From Fidelibacterota bacterium (GTDB lineage Bacteria; Fidelibacterota; Marinisomatia; Marinisomatales; JABMOV01), in contig JBHHUC010000008.1 in assembly GCA_046861395.1 (NCBI GenBank), forward strand, positions 1 to 57,878: 57,878 nucleotides of DNA, given 5' to 3'. Positions 12,301 to 18,458 of this stretch are shown here, in pieces (position 1 is the stretch's first letter; each line of letters begins with the position of its first letter). A program made the translations under genes and the position numbers. The notes beneath the pieces are model-generated. The model saw nothing but the letters and a program-made list of their open reading frames with translations, searched no databases and was not told the DNA's origin.

Positions 12301-15289
12301 AATTGCCATTAACGATACCTATAACCGTTATCCTGTTGCAGATACGAATACTGTCGATCTGGCCGTCACGGTGCGGGATACATTTGATAATGTCCTGCCG
12401 GACATTCCGGTTAACTGGGAAATAGTCGAAGGAAGCGACGGAATTCTGACCGCGGCTACCACCAATACGGATGCATCCGGAATCGCCGAGAATACGTTGA
12501 CGACCGGAACGCTGGCCAATGCAACCTACCGGGTTCGCATGTGGGTGGATGATAACGGTCGTGCCGTGCCTTTGAACCTGAAGCAGACAGCGCTGACACA
12601 ATCGGCCCTGATTGCCGACCGAGAGATCGTAGCCTCCCGCCGGTTTGCCGACCATTCCGTAAGTCCGGAAACGCGGACCATGAGTCCGACCGAATTCAAC
12701 CTGGATGATACCACCGAAGTGATCACGGTAATGGCCGGGGCTCCGGTTCTGATTACGACCAACCGTCCCGATACGGTCTTTGTCGTGCAGGGTCAAACCG
12801 ATACCTTGGTAATTACAGCTTACGATCAGTTTACTAATCGGGTTACCGACGGCAGCATCGTGGATTGGAACCCGACGACCTCGTCCGATTTCACCATTGA
12901 TAGTCAGGATGGCCTCACCACCAATGGTGAAGCACAACTGGTTTTGGTTGCCGGTGCAACCGCTCCCTGGCTGGCGCAAATCGATTTCGATATTGTGGTG
13001 AATTCTTATTTCAATGCCAATTCTGCAGCGAAAACAGTCACATACCGCATAGATGACGTAATTCCTCCGGCCGCGGTGGCGGACCTGACGGTAAGCCCGG
13101 ATGTCTGGACGGCGAATAATACGTTTACTTTATCCTGGACCAATCCGGTCGAACATTCCGGAGTCGCCGGTGCCTGGTATCAGATTGACAGTGAAACACC
13201 GGTATACACGGCTTCCGATGATATTGTATCGGTCACGCTGTCGCTACCGGCAAATGCCAACGCAACCGTTGCCCTGTGGCTGGAAGACAAAGCTGGAAAT
13301 GTGGACCCGTCTACCAGCCAAACGGTTCGGGCCAAATGGGACGACATAGCTCCGACCACCTTCAATCTTACCTATCCTGCGGCGAATTCCTGGCTGAATA
13401 CGCCCAATCCGGTTTTTGAATGGACACTGTCCTCCGATGCTACCGCCGGATTAAAGGAATACCGTTTTGAACTGGACGGTTCATCATACATCATTGTTCC
13501 CGATACCGGAAAGTTTGTCGTGCCGGGTGATATTTCTGAAGGGAGTCACTCTATACTGATCACGGCCGTTGATAGTGCCGGTAATGAAACTGAAATGAGC
13601 GATGGTTCCCTGAGCTTCAACATGGATTATACCTTACCACTCATTCAGCATAATCAGGTTCTGGAAGGGAATGAAAACCAACTGGTAACGATTACAGCTT
13701 CTTTCAGTGATCCGGCTTCCGGCATTGCCCGCTCCGAATTGTTCTATCGCAGTGGTGGTGAAGCACACTGGCAAAACCCGGTGAATCTCTCCTCCGGCGC
13801 GTATCAGATTGCCAGTTCCTTCGTGACATCCACCGGTGTAGAATATTTCATTGAGGCTGAAGATGTAGCCGGTAACATTACGACTGATCCGGTAACAGGA
13901 TATTATTCTATCCAGGTCATCATGACCGGGGACGGTTTACCCAGCACCGATAAATGGCCTACCGGGATTCCCAACGGTACTTCCGTGGCTAATTATCAGC
14001 TCATATCATTCCCGGCCAATCCGGCCAATAATACGCCTACCGATGTCTTGGTGGATAACTTGGGATCGTACGATAATACCAAATGGCGATTTTTCACCTA
14101 TGAATCGGATGCCTGGCTGGAATTTGCTGAAATTTCCACCATCAAACCGGGTGTGGGATATTTCCTAATCATCAAGGATCCCGGACAAAATGTAACTACG
14201 GGACAGGCCCGGTCAGTGACCACTGCCGAACCGTTCACCATTAACCTGCCAGCCGGGGAATGGGTCATGATAGGTAATCCGTTTGACTTTGAAATACCGT
14301 TGTCAAACCTTTATACACAGGACAGCATTACACTGGAAAGTGATGCGAACCTAAAAACCTGGAATGGTGACTGGGTAGATGCCTCATCCTTTAAGCCATG
14401 GCAAGGTTATATCTATAAATCGGCAACCGGAGGGCAGTTGTTCATCAATCCCCGTAAAGCCAATGGCGGTCAGGCCAGAATGGCCGGCCATCGGGATGAT
14501 ATGATCCTGAATCCGGGCGAATGGCTATTGGATATCCGGGTAGAGAACGGTATGGGCGAAGACAAAGGGAACCAAATTGGAGTTCTGGCTGACGCTGCCG
14601 ATGGACTGGACAGCCGGGATGCGTTTGAACCGCCCCTGGTACCCGGCGGAGTCGCCTTGCGGGTGGATAATCGCAACTGGGCGGAATTTGGTGACATGTA
14701 TACCAATGATATCCGGACCATCAGCGAAGAGGGGCATTACTGGGATATGGAAGTGGAGGCCCTGGATCCCTATGGCAAGGTTAATATTGCATTCTCGGGT
14801 TTGAATGATATCCCCGCTGAATTTGATGTCTTCCTGATTGATAAATCGGCGGGAATTGCACAAAACCTGAAAGGCCGATCCAGCTACGTATATGCCGCCA
14901 GTGCGGCACAAACGGTAAGAACGTTCCGTTTGGTTGTGGGAACACGGGAATTCGTGGAAGCCAATAATGCGGGTATTTCCCTTTATCCGGATGCTTACCA
15001 GCTGGCCCAGAATTATCCGAATCCGTTCAATCCGCAAACAACGATTCAATTGGCCATGGAGGATGAAGCCTACGTAGACCTTGTGATATATAATGTTCTG
15101 GGTGAAGAGGTGGCCATCCTGGCACAGAATGACTATTTACCGGCCGGCTTCTATAATTATATCTGGAACGGGTATAATCAAACAGGTAGCCGGGTTGCCA
15201 GTGGTATGTACCTATATTCGGCCCGAATCAAGGATCAGAGCGGAAAATTGCTTTTGAATCAAACCAGAAAAATGATATTCGTTAAATAG
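2..15289 (+). CDS. Giant secreted surface protein/adhesin, 5'-partial (FG-GAP repeats, Fn3, DUF1565/right-handed beta-helix modules, invasin-type Ig repeats, FlgD-Ig/T9SS-like C-terminal domain)
   Basis: The frame is open from base 2 (DGNGTFGAQQVITT...), so ATG 98 is internal. Motifs: DLDGDGDMDV (FG-GAP); Fn3 'VTLSW...YRIYR...YYYYVTAVD'; 'GGAI' beta-helix turns; 'D-x-F/Y-x-N' Ig repeats; terminal 'LAQNYPNPFNPQT...RKMIFVK'. Confidence 0.9.
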   Translation, partial: DGNGTFGAQQVITTLADGPRSVHVSDLDGDGDMDVLSASYGDDKIAWYENTDGNGTFGAQQVITTLADGAQSVYASDLDGDGDMDVLSASYLDDKVAWYENTLAPPANISAEPGNGKVTLSWDPVSALNLVKYRIYRGRTPWNINLLDSVVAASPPDTFYIDTNVQNDTTYYYYVTAVDSAGQASLNSDTVSVTPTVGVTVELLAGASATSSGGNDQGYPLNTYYHDVKHQSIYQAGDLSSAGMNPGANIVAVELYPAQSPGMSLQNFRIATAWTNNPTLTSFDTTTNVRYGPASHNANDFPMGQWVRFNIDPIIWDGNEHLILEFSHDNDAWASGGGVYLHEAGPGRALRGWSDSQAGNYPFNNSMTSVSDTKVPWLRLVYTEPAALPPTNLTAIGLYGQVNLSWTASITTGVIKYYIYRETGTGTTALIDSVGADTLTYADANVNNGSTYTYAVSAKKSTGEESALSAAVSAVPQVAAPGNLTATAASRKVTLSWDAPGTGASYIKIYRGFSAANLSLVDSTSDATVTSYTDQNLANGVTYYYALRTHAQDGTESDYSSTVWATPDYLGPVWWVATTGNDAGDGSETSPFQHIQTAIDKATHGDTVRVKAGVYTGFGNYDLSFGGHNIVLMGDTVAGEVVIDVGAGPGNQHRGIVMTNAIYADSAKIKDLKIINGYTSGSDAGGAILLDNVGQMKIEGCRIGPGNWSSDGAGIAIFNTDVTITDSRIKGNHGSTTGDVNGIGLHVEFWDPGHVITLENCVINGNTVDLSGSSYAAYGGGFYISGNGNSGNEVRFLNSIIRNNQVVNNGSGRSAYGGGGYIEQSATVTFVHSLITENSASNSVDSWGAEGGGLLVDGNGTVVNILNSIVWDNNASNPGTEMIASSGSPTYQANYSDFQTAIAGTGNLNVDPLLVDPASRDYRLSDASTLIGAGIASGTTWPGQDLIPATDFLGNSRPAPVGSNPDLGPFENSLDVSPYPSKPTGLSAIAGDGQVTLEWTANSEPDIATYGIYYGIASAPGVKQAETSDGSATSYSVTGLSNNITYYFRITAIDADGYESDFSNEVNATPQYSGTDIYVDVDSINAGYTADGSTTRPYGSIQEAINAASDGNRILVKPGLYTTTGANPSVDLAGKNIVIESTDGPTNTIIDGGGSSGGHIVVNIDFDGSGVTASPYNPQMIGFTITNGAGDEHLMVINGPTYLSGSSVSWEPKFVNCRFTNTTRTSLLGEAVIRIQEASPVFDNCTFRNLSCAPSSSPSNSSVEAPIALHGSWNNADGTVHVPQFLNCVIAGNSNTLGNGVQNNGITFNGGAVFIGFGMAPSFENTRIDSNSIDAMNSPTNMSWSESNGGAIYINDYFDQSPTPIQFNNCSISGNSNTGVDVAGGAVFSRHPYVQFTNCLITDNALEAVYNTNNQSSDAQGGGIYVDIQPTDNYPYGGTTYGPTVDLINVTLANNTITQSTNGSWAGAGIYRDNTNAHFTIFNSIIAQNDVINAIATDHENMSTSWGPFGSSSLDAAYSLIEFTAEAGITGDYMLDADPGFVGNGDYSLDISSIAIGMGGASFGSYSAPATDYFGNPRPTTSYNPGTGVFGPDLGAIENSLTVSPYPNAPENLTVTDENDSTVTLTWDAPADNDIAKYRIYSDTFSPAGSLIDSAVGVTTKQVRGLTNGTTYYFRVTAVDLDGYESELSNEVTGTPRYKGPVWYVDDAVGTISTDRDGSPANPFGDIGDVFDNAPMNSGDTIMVLPGTYSDSDDRNLHAPDFPFVLMSRDGPETTIIELISGSVPKYQFFTFDQEADSSTKVIGFTIQNGGGYEFGTGNNGYNNGGAMVFESTFDSGTNQHAEVSPVIRNCRFVNNTTNAANNLSGGAVFISGASPTFEQCEFVDNTAPWNGGAVFINSHEDNGILHQAEPIFRDCLFEGNSVIDNGGDGGAIYLDWRNAIATFERCRFLNNHAPNAGGAIFSSYGGGASQPIVWVTIKNSLFAGNTTAYYGAAMVIEGQDSYVLMEHCTITENVSPWEACKMTNAFIYNSIVWNNSHDGEGLALSGLNGDVEIINSLVENGEMTPGFDATTGLVIDPVFKDTTNGDYSLSLASFALGAGLTQYDHPVTGETVFIDGLDLAGNPRISPDGSNPDLGAYESVWPATPYPDPPSDLSATSMHRSVELNWSFPAAEDVVTYYVYQSPDSLNFTPVDTVSGRFNNRTTITGLTNQEDYFYYVTAVDTADRESQPSNGVGVLPKYHGPVWYVDDDATGPLFEGSFDDPSDNIRDMIFASQDGDTILLRPGTFSGNDNRELNFQELDAFGGVTSEPRNLVLMGEYGPDSTIIDLSGFGFRDNRLLDVTSGESLDSKLVGLTILNGEANDINPIIRVEGSSLTIENCIFRDNTNTGNSGPIVLAGNNSAFIQLDKCLFENNTGTNSVGTIFADNFAIFNSVFYQNTAHLGAAIAWNPPPNSYANIVNCLFLENQSTESISGGAIWDQGNTNTSLSIYNSIFWDNISNGNDPDVGNARSGVHYCVVQNPGNYASDNFSFDPLIVDPANGDFSLDSHSPAIGLASTDFFSSITQQFELVPDLDYYGNPRPQPAGSTPDLGPIEHERDIQQYYVYHVSPVGNDNTGDGLINPFQTIQRGIDEAFMYDTVDVAPGLYTGTGNTALDFGGMPIVVRSSSGPDVTTIDCENNAIAIEFSTDETRAAMIAGFTIKQGYTSMQGGALQIFNASPTIRNMVFLNNAADAGGKAIYINGGSPQFENCIVYGNDGGGGTIYSENADPVFTHCTVVNNLSPDPSGAFLVDGGSLTVHNSIVANNTAIGEEFTDISGNSSFNVDHSVVMGFVDGIRVFSGRPSLANPAAGQFGLKDHSVAIGLADTSDFVVADILGNTRTVSDTTAPDAGAIESVLASPDTSLYNPRTWFVSPTGDDFGTGVVGDPYATIQRALNKAIWADTVRLLPGTYVQNLSTDGKDIIVQGGGDPDNTIITGTAFLFDGSPTLAGLAFRGTSVVLDMNNSNPEIHHVEISGNNGAPALLVAQHAEPVLDQVTISDNTGTLYYAIDTSLILVKNSIVWNSATGIDADGTNTFDITYSRTTNTGTGNVTVTPEFLDVNNYRLFAHSLLINAGNPADTDADGTRADMGAYPYLSFHDGPDWYVSSSGNNAGGDGSYANPFSTVQAGINFAQPGDTVFVDVGTYDGPIALREADIVLSGEYGETTLDGQNGNRILDIPAGLTSATVVENFKFTGGSALTGGAIRINGSNPVIRNNVFTGNLAGPSGSVLDISGGSPLVTYNVFSDNSGNVINVGAGAQPEIVNNTLADNSGTALASASELTPQVRNTIFWNNGTEISGTVAVTYSDIQGGVTGAGNIDSDPLFSDAAAGDYSLDLLSPCVDTGDSTDTADPDGSRRDMGAVPLYRTFVGGNTGGTNIEVNPDTSVFVDSTLIVDTNDTLFIDPGSTVYLGDGVSIIINGTLMAHGDVVDPIEFTTLYPDQHFNGIVLFGGTGGSRVDPEYDYLTISNVATGSVPLTVNGNATLNHFTIAGNDTTVHSLETDGTVTVNYSVFESSTGGTGTVIALNSFLDDTSEFASWSTGDYSLNPASLAIDVGNAEVASNIDPDFTYSDAGALYHDQTQYPVNTAEVIYPAVGDTVDVSPDTSSILGLDVFAQTWNVYDRFKTNPILDWDVNTVNGTFGITITDSSDIEGISQNLFMTSTQAGDYCEFTVSADGVTGISGAFRVVPGQPDSLELYAQTDTVMTQQDTLQIEVSVFDQFANLVQDGEEVIWSIVPLTGTGAGFSLATTTSLTENGIAANEILTDPNTALAVGDGVLVEAEANGVVLQSKEIYIVPDDIYNLSMPPALTDAPIDLSADIHSMEISATMIDTFNNPLEGVEVFWELVDMGSPDGSFDATSSFTDASGTARTTLTSGTVTGYQYQVRGVVTEGSLVAALSRDESVNENRLAGKGKGAFMQPVIAIPIIAGSRTDDESRDAIFDLDDTTAVITIIPGVQHHMVFDLVQDTVVTQFEDLPLSVTVYDQYGNTVANGTEVQWTLQPITTGITLANPVSTTTDGVATNIVHTEPTAALGSNVTVEAASGSIAFTSATITVVADDPYAIAINDTYNRYPVADTNTVDLAVTVRDTFDNVLPDIPVNWEIVEGSDGILTAATTNTDASGIAENTLTTGTLANATYRVRMWVDDNGRAVPLNLKQTALTQSALIADREIVASRRFADHSVSPETRTMSPTEFNLDDTTEVITVMAGAPVLITTNRPDTVFVVQGQTDTLVITAYDQFTNRVTDGSIVDWNPTTSSDFTIDSQDGLTTNGEAQLVLVAGATAPWLAQIDFDIVVNSYFNANSAAKTVTYRIDDVIPPAAVADLTVSPDVWTANNTFTLSWTNPVEHSGVAGAWYQIDSETPVYTASDDIVSVTLSLPANANATVALWLEDKAGNVDPSTSQTVRAKWDDIAPTTFNLTYPAANSWLNTPNPVFEWTLSSDATAGLKEYRFELDGSSYIIVPDTGKFVVPGDISEGSHSILITAVDSAGNETEMSDGSLSFNMDYTLPLIQHNQVLEGNENQLVTITASFSDPASGIARSELFYRSGGEAHWQNPVNLSSGAYQIASSFVTSTGVEYFIEAEDVAGNITTDPVTGYYSIQVIMTGDGLPSTDKWPTGIPNGTSVANYQLISFPANPANNTPTDVLVDNLGSYDNTKWRFFTYESDAWLEFAEISTIKPGVGYFLIIKDPGQNVTTGQARSVTTAEPFTINLPAGEWVMIGNPFDFEIPLSNLYTQDSITLESDANLKTWNGDWVDASSFKPWQGYIYKSATGGQLFINPRKANGGQARMAGHRDDMILNPGEWLLDIRVENGMGEDKGNQIGVLADAADGLDSRDAFEPPLVPGGVALRVDNRNWAEFGDMYTNDIRTISEEGHYWDMEVEALDPYGKVNIAFSGLNDIPAEFDVFLIDKSAGIAQNLKGRSSYVYAASAAQTVRTFRLVVGTREFVEANNAGISLYPDAYQLAQNYPNPFNPQTTIQLAMEDEAYVDLVIYNVLGEEVAILAQNDYLPAGFYNYIWNGYNQTGSRVASGMYLYSARIKDQSGKLLLNQTRKMIFVK

Positions 15290-15294
15290 GAAAG

Positions 15295-15321
15295 TCCGGC
15301 TGTCTTTATTGGACAGCCGGA
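15295..15321. other. Perfect 10-bp stem-loop between the giant gene and the FecR gene (stabiliser or weak terminator)
   Basis: TCCGGCTGTC-tttattg-GACAGCCGGA, with no following U-tract. Confidence 0.6.
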
Positions 15322-15333
15322 ATGATGGGCGAT

Positions 15334-16077
15334 ATGAAAAAATCAATTCTGTTGTTCTTGTTTTTAATGCTCATGACGGCGGGCCAGGCTGAGACGAAAT
15401 TCGGCAAAATCACCCTGCCGCTGGGAAAGGTGGATGTAAAATCCGCCACCGATGACACTTGGGAACGCGCCAAGCCGAACCGTGTCGTATTTGTGGGTGA
15501 CGTCATTCGCACCCTGGCTAAATCGCGCTGTGAAATTGCCCTGGTTGGCGGTGGTAAGATCCGGATCGGGGAGAATTCCGAACTGGAATTGAATACGGCC
15601 AACGTGAAACCCATGGAGAAAAATTTTCAGGCCAATTTAAAACGAGGCAATGCCTGGGTTTCAGCCAAAGCAGCTTTCGGTGAAAAGAAGAATGTGGCTG
15701 TCCGAACCCCTACAGCCGTCGCGGCCATCCGCGGAACAACCTATCGTACCATATCAGATGAGGAGGAAAGTTCTGTCTTGGTTTACGAGGGAAAAGTGGA
15801 TGTAAACCAGCCGAAAAACATCAAAGAGGGCACACCAGAAAAACCGGGTTTAGGGGGAAAACCCAAATTCAAACTTGGTCCGGTTCAAGAGGTGGAAGCA
15901 CCTACGGAAGTCGCCGGTCCCTATGAAGTAACGCTGGAAGACTGGATATCCCTAGTGGAAGGAATGCAAATCAATCTTCGGAAAGACGGTAAATATCATT
16001 TATTCAAATTTGATCAGGAAGCGGACGCCCAGAATACTTTCGTCCAATGGAATAAAGAGTTGGATGCACAGCCCTGA
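15334..16077 (+). CDS. Secreted FecR-domain protein
   Basis: Signal peptide MKKSILLFLFLMLMTAGQA; FecR-type motifs 'GDVIRT..SR.EI....IRIGENSEL' and 'VRTPTAVAAIRGT.Y...VLVYEGKVDV'. Alternative start at 15322. Confidence 0.88.
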   Translation: MKKSILLFLFLMLMTAGQAETKFGKITLPLGKVDVKSATDDTWERAKPNRVVFVGDVIRTLAKSRCEIALVGGGKIRIGENSELELNTANVKPMEKNFQANLKRGNAWVSAKAAFGEKKNVAVRTPTAVAAIRGTTYRTISDEEESSVLVYEGKVDVNQPKNIKEGTPEKPGLGGKPKFKLGPVQEVEAPTEVAGPYEVTLEDWISLVEGMQINLRKDGKYHLFKFDQEADAQNTFVQWNKELDAQP

Positions 16078-16113
16078 TAACGCCGCATTTTCTGACGATA
16101 CTCTGAGATAGTC

Positions 16114-18399
16114 ATGTCTCCCACACTGAAGCGACTCCTTTCCGGCACAGTCATCGGTGCCATGGTCGGCATTTTCATCGGAATCGGCACCCACCAGGAA
16201 GCCTTTTTCCTCACCTCCGTACTGGATAAATATGAGCTGAATTCCTATGATGCTCGGGTTCGGGCCCGGGTCGCCGATGTCCAGGAAATGTCTCTTGATA
16301 CGATCGTGGTGGTGGATATCGATCTGAATTCAGTTATGGAATTGGGCAATTACAAGGACTGGCCCCAGGCCTATCACGGTCAACTGATTGACGTCATTTC
16401 TTCCGGCAACCCCAAGGCCATTTTATTCGATATCATTTTTGATCCCGAATATGACCTTTTCTATGATTATCTCACCTATCTGGTCAGCGATACCACCAGC
16501 CTACTGCCGGCAGAAACGCAAGACTTTATTGCGCAATATGATCCCTGGCGCTTTGTGACGGCCACCGCCGCTTCGGGAAAGGTGTACCATTCCCTGGTAT
16601 TTGAAACGACTGATACCACCAATTTTCTTTATCCCATGGATGAGGAAATCGAAGGATATGACGCCACCGGACATTATTTGACGATCGATAGTGCTACGGC
16701 GGATCAGTTGCCCACAGCACCCCGCATGGGAAATACTTACGGTGCGCTCCTGTCAGCGGCACGCCGCAACGGTAGTGCCAATTTTCCTCAGGACGAGGAT
16801 GGGATCATCCGTCGAGTACCTACCGCAATTCAGTTTAAGGGTCCCGGTCATGTTTATCCTTCCTTATCCATGGCAGCGGCAATGGACATATTGGGAGTTC
16901 CAAACGATGGATTTCATTATGATTTCGAGCAACATATTCTGGCTTTGACTGACTCAACCGGGAATACGATACGAACGATTCCCATTGATGACCAGGGGCG
17001 GATGTGGGTGAATTTCTATGGGCCCTTCAAGACATTCTATTATTTGCCCTATGTCTATTGTATGGACCCGGAAATGCTAGCCCCGGAATACTGGGAGAAT
17101 AAGATTGTCATTGTGGGGTCATCCCTGCCGGGACTGATGGATTTACGAAATACTTCGGTCCAGGAAACATTTGCCGGAGTGGAAATTCATGCCAACTCCC
17201 TGCTGGGTGTCTTGAATGATGATTTCATCCGGTGGAGGGATCCGGTTTCCATGATCTGGGTCATCATTCTGTTATCACTGGTTATGGGTTTCCTGGTGAG
17301 TTTACCCGAAAAGCCGTTATACTCCCTGCCGCTGCCCATTCTGGGGGCCGCGGCCTGGATTATATTTACCTACGATCAATTTTTCGAATCCCTGACGGTG
17401 TGGGAAATTATCCGCCCCGTCATATCGATTATGACAGTGTATCTGGCCGTGTTTCTTTACAATTTCTTCGTGGTGGATAAGGATAAGCGTTTCCTGAAAC
17501 AGACCTTCAGCACCTACATTTCTCCCGACCTCATTGATCGGATGTTTAAAGATCGTACCGAACCGCAGTTGGGTGGGGAAGAAGGCATCCATACGGCCTA
17601 TTTTACCGATATTCAGAGTTTCTCCAGTTTTTCTGAAAAACTTTCGCCCCAGGAATTGGTGGAATTATTGAATGAATACCTGTCGGAGATGACGACCATT
17701 TTGCTTGAGAACAAGGGTACGCTGGATAAATATATCGGTGATGCGATCGTATCTTTTTTCGGGGCCCCGGTTCCTGTGGAGGATCATGAATACCGGGCTT
17801 GTATCACCGCGCTCAGGATGCAGGAACGCCTGGCTGAATTGCGCCTGAAATGGCAGAACGAAGGCGATCGCTGGCCCGAAATTGTGCATCATATGCAAAA
17901 CAGAATCGGCATCAATTCCGGTCCCATGGTTACGGGCAACATGGGATCCGGTATGCGAATGAATTATACCATGATGGGTGATACGGTCAATCTGGCCGCC
18001 CGCCTGGAGGCTTCCGCCAAGCAATACGGTATCTACATTCAGGTGGCCGAATCCACCTATGAGGTCGTCAAGGATCAGTTCGAATGGCGGGAACTGGATT
18101 ATGTCCGTGTCATGGGGAAATCGGAACCAGTGCACGTTTATGAATTATTGGTCGAAAAGGGGAAGATGTCCGAAGAAACGGCGGCCCTGATGAAGGTTTA
18201 TCACAAAGCCATGCATTATTATCGGAATCAGGAATGGGAAAAAGGATTGGCATGGTTTAAAAAAGCCGATGAACTGGAAGATATGTTCCCCGGACGGAAG
18301 ACCAATCCCAGTCGAGTTTATCAGGATCGTTGTCTGCATTTCATGAAGACACCGCCGGGACCCGATTGGGACGGGGTCTGGACCCTCACTGCAAAATGA
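16114..18399 (+). CDS. CHASE2-domain class III adenylate cyclase
   Basis: N-terminal TM; CHASE2 motifs (IVVVDID, DEDGIIRR, KIVIVG, GVEIHAN); three TMs; cyclase motifs FTDIQSFS, LDKYIGDA, YTMMGDTVNLAARLE; C-terminal TPR-like region ending WDGVW. Confidence 0.93.
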   Translation: MSPTLKRLLSGTVIGAMVGIFIGIGTHQEAFFLTSVLDKYELNSYDARVRARVADVQEMSLDTIVVVDIDLNSVMELGNYKDWPQAYHGQLIDVISSGNPKAILFDIIFDPEYDLFYDYLTYLVSDTTSLLPAETQDFIAQYDPWRFVTATAASGKVYHSLVFETTDTTNFLYPMDEEIEGYDATGHYLTIDSATADQLPTAPRMGNTYGALLSAARRNGSANFPQDEDGIIRRVPTAIQFKGPGHVYPSLSMAAAMDILGVPNDGFHYDFEQHILALTDSTGNTIRTIPIDDQGRMWVNFYGPFKTFYYLPYVYCMDPEMLAPEYWENKIVIVGSSLPGLMDLRNTSVQETFAGVEIHANSLLGVLNDDFIRWRDPVSMIWVIILLSLVMGFLVSLPEKPLYSLPLPILGAAAWIIFTYDQFFESLTVWEIIRPVISIMTVYLAVFLYNFFVVDKDKRFLKQTFSTYISPDLIDRMFKDRTEPQLGGEEGIHTAYFTDIQSFSSFSEKLSPQELVELLNEYLSEMTTILLENKGTLDKYIGDAIVSFFGAPVPVEDHEYRACITALRMQERLAELRLKWQNEGDRWPEIVHHMQNRIGINSGPMVTGNMGSGMRMNYTMMGDTVNLAARLEASAKQYGIYIQVAESTYEVVKDQFEWRELDYVRVMGKSEPVHVYELLVEKGKMSEETAALMKVYHKAMHYYRNQEWEKGLAWFKKADELEDMFPGRKTNPSRVYQDRCLHFMKTPPGPDWDGVWTLTAK

Positions 18400-18458
18400 T
18401 ACTGAGAGTATTTCGACTTTCTATATTATCGCTGACGTCACCCTGACTAAATTTACCC

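Noticed and set aside
779..15049. Many short antisense and alternate-frame ORFs within the giant gene
   Set aside because: Expected by-products of a long coding sequence, with no independent support.
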